This document shows, in pieces, positions 35,443 to 45,125 of a stretch of DNA of 64,000 bases; within the stretch, counting starts at the first letter, position 1; each line of letters opens with the position of its first letter. A model generated the notes under the pieces. The model saw nothing but the letters and a program-made list of their open reading frames with translations, searched no databases and was not told the origin of the DNA. Source of the stretch: Nitrospirales bacterium (GTDB lineage: Bacteria; Nitrospirota; Nitrospiria; Nitrospirales; UBA8639); NCBI GenBank assembly GCA_963422365.1, contig OY729426.1:1536001-1600000 (forward strand), written 5' to 3'. A program made the translations under genes and the position numbers.

Positions 35443-36972
35443 ATGGAACTCAAACTCGATCTTCGCCTGAGTCAGAAGTTGGTGATGACTCCCCAACTTC
35501 AACAAGCCATCAAATTATTGCAGTTATCCAGACTGGAATTACAGCAAGTGCTCTCTCAACATTTGATGGACAATCCACTTCTTGAAGAGGTGGGCGCTGA
35601 TTCGGATGAGGGAGATGGGCCAACGCCGGAAGAGACGGCTCCTGAGAGAAAGGAAGAAGTGGCTGGCCAGACTGATGCCGGCGACAGTGATGCCTCCAGC
35701 GAGGCTGGAGCAGGAGAAACGAATGAACTTTCCGAACCGCTCTCGCCAGAAGGATGGGCAGATTATTATGAAAGTGATTGGCGACCGAGAGGTGGTGATG
35801 GTCAGGCGTTCTCAGACGAAGATTTTCCATCTTATGACCAAACGCTGACGAAACCGACGACACTAGAAGATCACTTGCTATGGCAGTTATGGCTTTCTTC
35901 CGAGGATGAGGAAGAGAAAGCCATCGGCCATATGATCATTGGCAATCTCGATGAAGATGGGTATCTTCGCACATCGATCGAGGAAATTTCCGAAGAAGCT
36001 GGGGTGTCCGTCAAAAAGGTGGATTCTGTTTTATCCTTAGTGCAAACGTTCGATCCCATCGGTGTGGCTGCCCGCGATCTTCAAGAATGTTTGTTGATTC
36101 AACTTTGCCACCTTCATAAAAAACCCGTTGGAAGTGACTATGTTCATGGCGGTGCTCATCAGGAATCATTGCTCGAACTGATTATCAAGAACCATCTTCG
36201 CGACCTCCAGAAAAAACGATATCCCACTGTCGCCAAAGAAGTCGGGAGGTCTGTTGAAGAGATTTTGGAGGCAGTACATATCATTGAAGGCTTAGAGCCA
36301 AAACCTGGACGGCCCTATTTTTCCGACAACAACCAAATCATCGTGCCCGATGTCTTTGTGTTTAAACACGAAGGCGAATGGCAGGTGTCCCTGAATGACG
36401 ATGGGATGCCTCGTGTGCAGATCAACCCTTATTATACGCGGATGTTAGGACCGAACAGCGGAGATGGAGACGCCACGAGGGCTTACGTGGAGGATAAATT
36501 GCGAGGGGCTCAGTGGATCATTCGTAGCCTTGAGCAGAGAAACAAAACGATTCTGAAGGTGGTCAAAAGCCTCATCACATTCCAAGAACTCTTTTTGGAA
36601 AAAGGTGTGCAGGCCTTGAAGCCACTTGTGCTGAAGCAAGTGGCTGAAGATGTGGGCATGCATGAGTCGACCATCAGTCGGGTGACGACGAATAAATATA
36701 TGTATTGCCCCCAGGGCATGCTGGAACTGAAGTTTTTCTTTAACACGGGCATTCAACGGTCGGAACCGGGTACTGAAGAGTTATCTTCGATCACTGTTCG
36801 TGAGTTGATTCGTGAAATGGTGGGGCAAGAAAATCCCAGCAACCCCTTGAAAGATCAAGAAATTGCGTCGAGGTTGCGCGCCAGAGGGATCGTCATTGCG
36901 AGACGGACGATTGCCAAGTATCGGGCCGAACTCAATATCGCGCCGGCCAGTCAGCGAAAACGTCTCTATTGA
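35443..36972 (+). CDS. rpoN: RNA polymerase sigma-54 factor
   Basis: [21 protein letters not shown], RpoN box ARRTIAKYR. Confidence 0.98.
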   Translation: MELKLDLRLSQKLVMTPQLQQAIKLLQLSRLELQQVLSQHLMDNPLLEEVGADSDEGDGPTPEETAPERKEEVAGQTDAGDSDASSEAGAGETNELSEPLSPEGWADYYESDWRPRGGDGQAFSDEDFPSYDQTLTKPTTLEDHLLWQLWLSSEDEEEKAIGHMIIGNLDEDGYLRTSIEEISEEAGVSVKKVDSVLSLVQTFDPIGVAARDLQECLLIQLCHLHKKPVGSDYVHGGAHQESLLELIIKNHLRDLQKKRYPTVAKEVGRSVEEILEAVHIIEGLEPKPGRPYFSDNNQIIVPDVFVFKHEGEWQVSLNDDGMPRVQINPYYTRMLGPNSGDGDATRAYVEDKLRGAQWIIRSLEQRNKTILKVVKSLITFQELFLEKGVQALKPLVLKQVAEDVGMHESTISRVTTNKYMYCPQGMLELKFFFNTGIQRSEPGTEELSSITVRELIREMVGQENPSNPLKDQEIASRLRARGIVIARRTIAKYRAELNIAPASQRKRLY

Positions 36973-37069
36973 GCGTCGTCCCACCGAGTTCAATGTTTGC
37001 GTCTTCACCTTGCTTTCAAGGAGTGCCTCTCGTGTCGATGAGAAAGACACACGTCCTCTTGAGGCCACT

Positions 37070-37956
37070 GTGAATGATAAAGGATCAGAGCATTCATTTC
37101 GTCTCGTTATTGTCAGTGGTTTGTCCGGCTCAGGAAAAACCCAAGCGCTGAAATGTCTGGAGGATATCGGGTTCTTCTGTGTGGACAATCTCCCTCTGGC
37201 GCTGTTCCTCGCATTTGCAGAATTTTGTGGCCAACGGAGTCACCCTGTGCGAAAGGTTGCCTTGTGTTTTGGTATTCGCGCTCGCGATTTTTTTCGGATT
37301 TTTTTGAAAATCTCAAACGGCTCCAAGCGAGTGCCTCCATCGTGGAATTGTTGTATTTGGAAGCGAATAATGTTGTCTTGACACGTCGTTTTTCTGAATC
37401 CCGTCGTCCCCACCCTCTCCTGCCTCAGCAGTCCGTTCTTGAAGGGATCCGACTCGAACGACAACACCTTGCCGAATTCCGTTCTCGCGCTGACCAGGTG
37501 TTGGATACCTCAGAACTGACCGTGCATGAACTTCGAGAGTGGATGGTGCAACAGTACAGCGATGAGGGCTATCGGCACTCGATGAAGGTATCCGTGATGA
37601 CGTTTGGGTATAAGTTTGGCGTGCCCTACGAAGCCGATTTCGTGTTTGATGTTCGATTTTTGCAAAATCCGCACTTCGTTCCTGCCTTGAAGCCGTTAAC
37701 GGGAAATGACAAAAACATTCAGCGTTATGTTCTCGAAAACAAAAAGGCCCAAGGTTTTCTTGAGCACATGAAGAGTGTTTTTGAATTTCTCCTTCCGCTG
37801 TTTGAACGAGAACAGAGAAGTTATTTGACCATAGCCATCGGCTGTACAGGTGGGAGGCACCGTTCCGTCGCGATTGCGAATGAGGTAAAGAACCTGTTTG
37901 CACGATTAGGTTGCAGGGCCACACTCAGCCACCGAGACGTGGATCGTACCGAATAG
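37070..37956 (+). pseudogene. rapZ: RNase adapter RapZ/YvcJ family, split by a 1-nt frameshift at T7 run 37288-37294
   Basis: SGLSGSGKT and CVDNLP in one frame; RRFSESRRPHPL, FGYKFG, FDVRFL.NP and GCTGGRHRSV in the -1 frame. Confidence 0.88.
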
Positions 37957-38117
37957 TAACGTGACAGTTCTTTGCTCGTTCGGGGCGACGGTTCTTTTTC
38001 CTTCCTTGCGAGCTCTTTTGATTGAGACTGATGCGACTGACTCGTGACGCAAATAGCGACGAGGAAACGCGGTTCTCTTTGCGAAAAATATGGGGCTGTC
38101 AGCCAAATCGCTGTTGT

Positions 38118-38146
38118 TTGACGGTCAATCTAGAACAGTGTAGAGT
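38118..38146 (+). promoter_or_regulatory. Candidate sigma70 promoter for pilM operon
   Basis: TTGACG-17 nt-TAGAGT. Confidence 0.6.
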
Positions 38147-38268
38147 TAAAATCTTTTCAGCGGGAATGTTAGGGATTTTGCCTACATGTCGTGATGCGAA
38201 AAAGAGGGAGGCTCGTCAAACGGCTTTTCCGAGTATGCCTGTCAACCCGACCTCGCAAGTGACAGCCA

Positions 38269-39342
38269 ATGATGAAACGACTCCGGAGGTGGGCCAATGT
38301 GTTTTCGCAACCGCAAACCTGTGTCGGGTTAGACATTGGCTCTTCCACGATCAAGATTATTCAGCTTGAGCAACGTGCCGCCCGGTATCGTCTTAAACGA
38401 TTTGGATTACGCAGCCTCGAATCAGGTGTCGTGGAAGAGGCCGCGAGCCACAACTCTCATCGGCTTAAAGCCGCACTCATTGATCTGATTCAAGAACTGG
38501 AATTGCTCGGCAGCCCCGTTGCGATCTCTTTATCCGGACCATCGGTGATGGTCAAGCGGATACACGTATCTGGCGTCGAGCAAGATGCTCTTGATGAATA
38601 TTTAACATGGGAAGGCCAGCAATACATTCCCTATGCGATGAGTGATATTTATTTTGATTATTGGATTCTTCCTCCCCCTCACCATCGACCAGCCTCTACG
38701 GATATGGATGTGCTGCTTGTAGCTGCCAAGCAACAGGCGGTTGAAAGCCGGAAAACATTGTTGGAAGAGATTGGCGTGCATCCGATTGTGTGTGATGTCG
38801 ATGGTCTTGCGTTGCTGAAGACAATTATGTGGAAAAGTCCAACCTTCCGTGGACGGTCATTCGGCATTGCAAATGTGGGAGCAAGCGGAATGAATATTGT
38901 ATGTGTGGCTAATGAGTATCCCCTCGTGGTCCGAGACGTCAGCTTTGAGGGAACTCCCTCGAGCCGAGCATCTGACGATGCACTAGAGGGCGCGGTCGAA
39001 GACGCCGCTGCTCATGGTTTCCTTCAGGGTGAAATCGGTTACGCGGACCAGCCATGGTTGGTGGCGGAAGTCGTAAGGGAAATCAAACGCTGTTTCGAGT
39101 CTATCTTGGAACGCCATCCAGAACTCAGCGTAGAAAAAATGTTCCTGTGTGGAGGACAATCGAAAAACCCACGATTGCAAAGTGAATTGCAAAAGGCTTT
39201 GGCCATTCCCACTCTAGTATTCAATCCTTTTGACGCAAGCGAATATCTGACCGATCACCAAGAAAGGGACCATCTGTCGGCTTTAGCCCATCTTGGAGGG
39301 GTGGCTATGGGTTTAGCCCTTCATAAGGACAACCATGGTTAG
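38269..39342 (+). CDS. pilM: Type IV pilus assembly protein PilM (actin-like fold)
   Basis: VGLDIGSSTIK, QYIPY, VLLVAAK, LCGG, AMGLAL. Confidence 0.9.
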   Translation: MMKRLRRWANVFSQPQTCVGLDIGSSTIKIIQLEQRAARYRLKRFGLRSLESGVVEEAASHNSHRLKAALIDLIQELELLGSPVAISLSGPSVMVKRIHVSGVEQDALDEYLTWEGQQYIPYAMSDIYFDYWILPPPHHRPASTDMDVLLVAAKQQAVESRKTLLEEIGVHPIVCDVDGLALLKTIMWKSPTFRGRSFGIANVGASGMNIVCVANEYPLVVRDVSFEGTPSSRASDDALEGAVEDAAAHGFLQGEIGYADQPWLVAEVVREIKRCFESILERHPELSVEKMFLCGGQSKNPRLQSELQKALAIPTLVFNPFDASEYLTDHQERDHLSALAHLGGVAMGLALHKDNHG

Positions 39343-39907
39343 CATTAATCTACTGAAAGGCCAACAACCCTATGAGTGCCAAGTACGCCGCCGCTCCAAG
39401 TCAGAGCTGTTCGTAGGGGTCGTTGTCTTGGCAGGTGTCTGTGCGTTTTGGGGATGGATGGTCGTCGATGGGAATCACGCCGTGCAACGGCTTGAACAAG
39501 AAATACAAGAAAAACAGGCACGTGTGGCGTTGCTGCAAAAAACCCATCACCAGGTTCTGGCACTGGAGGAACGACGACAAACCATTTTCACTGAACACGA
39601 CAATCTCAAGGCATTGACACATGAGCTGACTAGACCCATTCGCCTGTTGTCAATAGTCAGCCAAGTGGTTGACCCTTTGGATGTGTGGTTGCTGCATCTT
39701 CAGGCAAAAGATGACAAGATCATATTGTCCGGTTTTGCTCGTTCCCTCAAAGAGATTTTGACACTTGCGAAGGATTTCGAAAAGACCGATATGCTTGGAC
39801 CAGTCAATGTTTTTGAGACTCAGGCCCACGTGGGCCAGTCTGACCTCTTTCAATTTTCGATGAATATATTCATGGACTCAACGGATGATGGTCGAAAGAA
39901 TTCTTGA
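39335..39907 (+). CDS. pilN: Type IV pilus assembly protein PilN
   Basis: N-terminal INLL motif, TM helix, coiled coil, P.DVWL. Confidence 0.85.
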   Translation: MVSINLLKGQQPYECQVRRRSKSELFVGVVVLAGVCAFWGWMVVDGNHAVQRLEQEIQEKQARVALLQKTHHQVLALEERRQTIFTEHDNLKALTHELTRPIRLLSIVSQVVDPLDVWLLHLQAKDDKIILSGFARSLKEILTLAKDFEKTDMLGPVNVFETQAHVGQSDLFQFSMNIFMDSTDDGRKNS

Positions 39908-40508
39908 TTGGGTGGAAGATACGCGTATGACCCAAAAGGTCATCGTCCTGCTTCTCTCGGTAGGGTTAACGTCGATCATCTTGTTTCAATTCGTTGTTGA
40001 ACCGCAGCAGCAACATGTCCAGGGCTTTCAGCAAACCCTCCGATCACTAGACCATCAACTTGCAACGATTGAGCAGAGCCATCAATTAGAGCCGCTCAAA
40101 GATGAAATCGCCAGACTGACTCCCCAACTCGAAGCGCAAAAAAAAGTATTGAGGCTTAAGGTGCCCGTGGAACAAATGCTTACAGACGTCTTAGACAAAG
40201 CGCAATCGGTTGGCGTGGTGCTCACGTCCTGGAAGTCAGAAGAGCCTGTTCCAATTCCGGAAACGGATTTGAATCGAGTCACGCTTCGGCTCTATACAGA
40301 GGGGCGATACCATGCTCTCGCGCACTTTCTTGAAGAACTTCAAACGCTTCCGAACACGTTGATGTTGAGGTCAATGGATTTGCAAGCCCAGGAACGAAGC
40401 GATGAGAGCCCTGAGCGACACATTCAAGCCTCCTTTGAACTGATAGGATTCCAGGCGATTGAGTTTGGAACAAAGGGGCAGCGCGTTCCTGAGAAGAGGG
40501 CAAGTTAA
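39885..40508 (+). CDS. pilO: Type IV pilus assembly protein PilO
   Basis: TM plus coiled coil; G.YH.L..F...L..LP motif; synteny. Confidence 0.82.
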   Translation: MMVERILDWVEDTRMTQKVIVLLLSVGLTSIILFQFVVEPQQQHVQGFQQTLRSLDHQLATIEQSHQLEPLKDEIARLTPQLEAQKKVLRLKVPVEQMLTDVLDKAQSVGVVLTSWKSEEPVPIPETDLNRVTLRLYTEGRYHALAHFLEELQTLPNTLMLRSMDLQAQERSDESPERHIQASFELIGFQAIEFGTKGQRVPEKRAS

Positions 40509-40527
40509 AGGAAAGATTCAGTCAGCC

Positions 40528-41043
40528 ATGATGCGTAGTGTTGCAGCGCTCGTCTCCGTGTTTTTCTTTTTGTTCTGTGGGAGTGCGCGATGGTTCTTTT
40601 CGACTCAAGTCCATGCAGGACCAGGTGAGCCGACGAAGGATCTGTTGTTCACGAATGCTCGCTTGAACGAGACCTCTCGCACATTTCGGTATCGTTCGGA
40701 TCACGATCGTGATCCTTTTTTACCGAAGTCGGTTTTCCAGAACAATGCCGGTTCTTCGTTGCAGAGGCAAGACATGAGCCACCAACCCGTGAAGGTGGTT
40801 GGAATCATGTCCTCCGCTCAAGGCCATTGGGCTGTTTTGGACTTTGAGGACGGGGAGCGACTCATTGTCAGGGTGGGGCAGGTTCTTTCCGCGTATTCCC
40901 AAGTCGTGAAACGTATCACGGATGAAGGGGTGATTCTTTCGGCTGTAGAAGGAAAGGCCCGTGTACGGTCTCAACCGGAGAGGACGTATTTGTTGTACGA
41001 AGAACGGGATTTTTTTGAACCGTATTCCAGAGAGAATTCCTGA
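40528..41043 (+). CDS. pilP: PilP-like protein
   Basis: RDPFLP, VVGIM, IVRVGQ, VKRIT; follows pilO. Confidence 0.75.
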   Translation: MMRSVAALVSVFFFLFCGSARWFFSTQVHAGPGEPTKDLLFTNARLNETSRTFRYRSDHDRDPFLPKSVFQNNAGSSLQRQDMSHQPVKVVGIMSSAQGHWAVLDFEDGERLIVRVGQVLSAYSQVVKRITDEGVILSAVEGKARVRSQPERTYLLYEERDFFEPYSRENS

Positions 41044-41175
41044 CCCTCGGAGCCCTGACAGATGAATGACGGTGGAGAGGGAAAGAAGGAAGGTGGCGAG
41101 CTTTGCGCGTAGCGTTGAGAGGTGACGGTCAGGGATAAAGGCCGATTGGGTGTGTGGTTTGACTGAAGGTGCAAG

Positions 41176-42336
41176 ATGTTACGTTATTTAAATGCGGGTG
41201 AATCCCATGGAAAGGGGCTGATGGCGGTGTTGGAAGGTGTCCCTGCCGGGCTTCCTCTCACTGCAGAAATGATCAATCAAGATTTAGCGAGAAGGCAGGG
41301 CGGGTATGGCCGTGGGGGGCGGATGCGAATTGAAAAGGATCAGATTGAATTTTACTGTGGAATCCGCAAAGGACAAACGTTAGGGAATCCATTAGGATTA
41401 TTGGTTCGTAATCGGGATTGGGAAAATTGGCAAGAGATTATGGCGGCTGAACCAGGCTCCCCATCAACGGAACGAGTGGTGACTCGTCCACGACCTGGTC
41501 ACGCCGATCTCGTGGGAGCGATTAAATATGGACATCAGGACATTCGCAACGTTCTTGAAAAAGCGAGTGCGAGAGAAACGGCCATCCGGGTGGCCCTCGG
41601 TGGCGTGGCCAAGGCGTTATTATCGGAATTTGATATGCGGGTGGTGAGTTATACGACCCGCATTGGATCAGTGGCGGTCCCGTCGCTCGATGATCCCTTG
41701 GCGGCCTATGAACGTGCGGAGCAGTCTCAAGTTCGGTGTCCTGATCCAGAAGCAAATGAAAAGATGATCGAGCAAATCCGATTGGCGAAACATAATGGTG
41801 ACTCATTGGGTGGAGTCTTCGAGGTGGTGGTAACCAACCCTCCCATTGGGTTGGGAAGTTACGTGCAGTGGGATCGACGCTTGAGCGCACGGTTGGCCAT
41901 GGCGGCTCTGAGTATCCAAGCCATGAAAGGTGTGGAAATTGGCATGGGGTTTGAATCTGCTTGTCGATTTGGGTCTGAAGTGCATGACGATATTTACCCT
42001 AGTGAGTCCAACCCGGGATTTGCACGAAAGACCAATCATGCCGGTGGGTTAGAAGGCGGCATGACGAATGGGCAACCCGTTGTCTTGCGGGTCGCCATGA
42101 AACCGATTGCCACCCTGTATCAACCAAAGAACAGTGTGGATATTCAAACGAAAGAACCATTTGAAGCCACGGTGGAACGTTCTGATATCTGTACGGTTCC
42201 TGCCGCTGGCGTGGTCGGGGAAGCCGTCATTGCCTATGAAATGGCCAATGCTATGTTAGAAAAGTTCAGCGGCGATAGCTTGGAGGAAATGAAACGAAAT
42301 TTCGACACCTACCAAGAATATGTAAAGAATTTCTGA
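41176..42336 (+). CDS. aroC: Chorismate synthase
   Basis: AGESHG, RPGHAD, SARET, AMKPIATL, ERSD. Confidence 0.98.
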   Translation: MLRYLNAGESHGKGLMAVLEGVPAGLPLTAEMINQDLARRQGGYGRGGRMRIEKDQIEFYCGIRKGQTLGNPLGLLVRNRDWENWQEIMAAEPGSPSTERVVTRPRPGHADLVGAIKYGHQDIRNVLEKASARETAIRVALGGVAKALLSEFDMRVVSYTTRIGSVAVPSLDDPLAAYERAEQSQVRCPDPEANEKMIEQIRLAKHNGDSLGGVFEVVVTNPPIGLGSYVQWDRRLSARLAMAALSIQAMKGVEIGMGFESACRFGSEVHDDIYPSESNPGFARKTNHAGGLEGGMTNGQPVVLRVAMKPIATLYQPKNSVDIQTKEPFEATVERSDICTVPAAGVVGEAVIAYEMANAMLEKFSGDSLEEMKRNFDTYQEYVKNF

Positions 42337-42427
42337 GTTGTCGTGACCTGGTTTCACAATCCCTTTTCTCAATGACGATGAACCAATTGAATGGCTCAAC
42401 TCGAACAGCTGCGTGCAGGGGCTCAGC

Positions 42428-43537
42428 ATGAGTCGCTCTAATAAACGGCAAACAGTCAAAGTTGGTCTCGGGACGCGAAGCTACGATATCGTGATCGGGC
42501 CTGGCAGCCTTCACCAGATGGGGCAGTATTTACAATCGTTAGGACTTTCCGGAAAAGTCGGAGTCGTGACCAATCCAACGTTGGCGCGTTTGTATGGGGT
42601 ATCGCTCAAAAAGGCGATCGTGAAAGCGGGGTTCACCTACCAGCTGATAAGTATTCCAGAGGGTGAGCGAACCAAAACGCTTCTGTGGGCCTCGTCCATC
42701 GTCGATGAGTTGGTCAAGCATCGATTTGAACGTCGGTCCGCACTCGTGGCGTTGGGTGGAGGGGTGATTGGGGATGTCACTGGTTTTGCCGCGTCAATGT
42801 ATCTTCGGGGTATCCCATTTGTTCAAGTGCCCACCACGCTTGTGGCACAAGTGGATTCCAGCGTGGGGGGGAAAACCGGGGTGAACCATCCCTCAGGAAA
42901 AAATTTGATCGGCGCGTTTTACCAGCCGGCCCTTGTGGTGTCCGATACGAATACGTTGCAGACCCTCCCCAAGCGAGAATGGCTGGCGGGGTTAGCCGAA
43001 GTGATTAAATATGGGGTCATTGCCGACAAAATGTTTTTCACCTTTTTAGAGGACAGAATGGAACATATTCTCGACATGAAGGATGAAGATGTCCAAAAAG
43101 TCGTCACGCGTTGTTGTGAGCTTAAAGCGTGGGTGGTAGCCAAAGATGAACGAGAATCCGGTCTGCGTCGGATCTTGAATTATGGGCATACTATTGGGCA
43201 CGCGTTGGAATCCTTGGGTCGGTACCAACAATATATCCATGGCGAGGCCGTGGGAATTGGAATGGTGCATGAAGCCCTCCTTGCCAATCACTTGAAGTTG
43301 TGCTCCAAAGGCGTCGTCGACAGGCAACGTGCATTGATAACGCGAACGGGCCTTCCTGTACGAATGCCGTCCCATAGTTTTTCGAAATTATGGGGAGCCA
43401 TACGTCATGATAAGAAGGTGGCACAGGGAATCATCCACTGTGTGCTTCCCCAAGCAATCGGGAAAGTCCGGGTCATGCCTCTGGATCCACGTACGGTGAA
43501 ACAGTGGTATCTGCACTGTCATGAGCAGTCCAATTGA
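42428..43537 (+). CDS. aroB: 3-dehydroquinate synthase
   Basis: GGGVIGD, PTTLVAQVDSSVGGKT, LNYGHTIGHALE, HGEAV. Confidence 0.98.
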   Translation: MSRSNKRQTVKVGLGTRSYDIVIGPGSLHQMGQYLQSLGLSGKVGVVTNPTLARLYGVSLKKAIVKAGFTYQLISIPEGERTKTLLWASSIVDELVKHRFERRSALVALGGGVIGDVTGFAASMYLRGIPFVQVPTTLVAQVDSSVGGKTGVNHPSGKNLIGAFYQPALVVSDTNTLQTLPKREWLAGLAEVIKYGVIADKMFFTFLEDRMEHILDMKDEDVQKVVTRCCELKAWVVAKDERESGLRRILNYGHTIGHALESLGRYQQYIHGEAVGIGMVHEALLANHLKLCSKGVVDRQRALITRTGLPVRMPSHSFSKLWGAIRHDKKVAQGIIHCVLPQAIGKVRVMPLDPRTVKQWYLHCHEQSN

Positions 43538-43547
43538 CAATTGTAGC

Positions 43548-43577
43548 GCCTATTCCGGGTCACGGCCCGGGATAGGC
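43548..43577. other. Strong GC-rich hairpin downstream of aroB
   Basis: GCCTATTCCGGGT-CACG-GCCCGGGATAGGC, 13-bp stem with G:U pairs; no U tract. Confidence 0.6.
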
Positions 43578-43657
43578 CTCATGCGGCGGAGCATGCGTCA
43601 GGCGACCTGAGCCGTCATTGATGTGTCGCGAGTTGTGGACTGAGAGGCACATTCATC

Positions 43658-43681
43658 TGTAGGGCCGCATCTCATGCGGCC
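43658..43681 (+). repeat. GTAG-type REP-like palindrome
   Basis: TGTAG-GGCCGCAT-CTC-ATGCGGCC; copy with one mismatch at 58511-58534. Confidence 0.75.
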
Positions 43682-43698
43682 AAACAAACATTATTGAA

Positions 43699-44967
43699 AT
43701 GACTCCGATAAAGCAATCCCCTAAGCGGCCCAAGCAAGATGTCAAAGCCGTCCTTCGCGAACGAACGCGCGAAGTGGAAATTCTGTATCGTATTAGTGAA
43801 TCGATTAGCAGTACGCTCGATTTGGAATCGGTCCTCAAGCACATCGTAGACGTGGTTGTCGAAGTGACGAAGGCCGATTCCTGTTTGTTGTATCTTGTCT
43901 CCACGAATCGGGATGAACTCGTGTTGCGAGCGTCCAAAAATCCTCATCCTAAGCTCATCGGCCGAACCTCCGTGGGGTTGGGAGAGGGGATTACGGGTTG
44001 GGTGGCACAAGAAAAGGTGACGGTGGTTATTCCTCGTCATGCGAGTGATGACCCACGGTTTAGATTTTTTCATAATTTACCTGAGGACCGATACCAAGCG
44101 TTTGTGTCACTTCCCGTCGTGACGAAGGGCAACGTCATCGGGGTCATTAATGTACAGCACAAACGGATGAAACGTTATCAGGGTGGCGAACTTGCGCTGT
44201 TATCGACGATCGCGAATCAGGTCGGCGGCGCCATTGAAAATGCCCGATTGTATGAAGAAATGAGGCGGCAAACGTTACAACTGGATACCCTGTCTCAGGT
44301 TTCGGAAACCGTTGCGTCCAACCGCGTGATTGAGGACGTGCTTCAGTTGATCGTGATGACGACGGCTCAGATGATGGATTCGACAATCTGTTCTCTCATG
44401 CTCGTTGACGAGGAGAATGAGGGGTTGCGTATTGCGGCGACTCAGAGCCTGAGCGACGCCTATCGTCGGAAGCCCCCGCTCAAGATTGGCCAGAGCATCA
44501 GCGGACGGGCGGTGAAAGAACAACGGCCGATTTATGTTGCCGACGTGAAGAAGGAGAAAGAGTTTTTCTACCAGGATTTAGCCAAACGGGAGTCGCTGTG
44601 CTCGTTATTGTCGGTACCCATGATGATTAAGGAAAAGGTCATTGGCGTGATTAATACCTATACCTCCACAGTGCATGCGTTTGACGATAAGGAAATCAAG
44701 ATCATGCAAACCATTGCCAACCAGGCAGCAGTGGCTATCGAGCATACTCGTCTCCTTGAAAAGTCATTTGAAATGCAAGAAGCCCTAGCCGTCAGAAAAC
44801 TTGTCGAACGGGCTAAGGGCTATCTCATGCATTCTCGCAAATTATCAGAAGCCGATGCGTTTAGGGTGATTCAGCGTCAAAGCATGAATATGAGAAAGTC
44901 CATGCGGGAAATTGCCGAGGCCATTATTTTGGCTGGAGAATTGGAAGGTGGATCAATGGAGCAGTGA
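43699..44967 (+). CDS. GAF-GAF-ANTAR RNA-binding antiterminator
   Basis: Two GAF repeats (GEGITGWVA / GQSISGRAV, P...KG.VIGVIN) and C-terminal ANTAR (RKLVERAKGYLM...EADAFRVIQRQSMNMRKSMREIAEAII). Confidence 0.92.
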   Translation: MTPIKQSPKRPKQDVKAVLRERTREVEILYRISESISSTLDLESVLKHIVDVVVEVTKADSCLLYLVSTNRDELVLRASKNPHPKLIGRTSVGLGEGITGWVAQEKVTVVIPRHASDDPRFRFFHNLPEDRYQAFVSLPVVTKGNVIGVINVQHKRMKRYQGGELALLSTIANQVGGAIENARLYEEMRRQTLQLDTLSQVSETVASNRVIEDVLQLIVMTTAQMMDSTICSLMLVDEENEGLRIAATQSLSDAYRRKPPLKIGQSISGRAVKEQRPIYVADVKKEKEFFYQDLAKRESLCSLLSVPMMIKEKVIGVINTYTSTVHAFDDKEIKIMQTIANQAAVAIEHTRLLEKSFEMQEALAVRKLVERAKGYLMHSRKLSEADAFRVIQRQSMNMRKSMREIAEAIILAGELEGGSMEQ

Positions 44968-45002
44968 AAATCGTTCGTGTGTTCCGTGGCGCTTGAACTC
45001 CC

Positions 45003-45032
45003 TTGACAGGCCGTCAGGATCGCTGATACAAG
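45003..45032 (+). promoter_or_regulatory. Candidate sigma70 promoter of the nadE leader
   Basis: TTGACA at 45003, TGn-TACAAG 18 nt downstream. Confidence 0.5.
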
Positions 45033-45062
45033 CTGAAAATTCTACTGGTGCACGTTTGATCC

Positions 45063-45122
45063 TTGGAAGGTGTTAGGACAAAGGCGTCCTCCATTCCCTG
45101 ACGGGAAGAGGACGTTTTTTTT
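45063..45122 (+). terminator. ANTAR-type attenuator: hexaloop hairpin overlapping an intrinsic terminator
   Basis: GGAC-AAAGGC-GTCC (45076-45089) overlaps the 5' arm of terminator CGTCCTC..TTCCC-TGAC-GGGAA-GAGGACG-T8, directly before the nadE start. Confidence 0.8.
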
Positions 45123-45125
45123 GTG

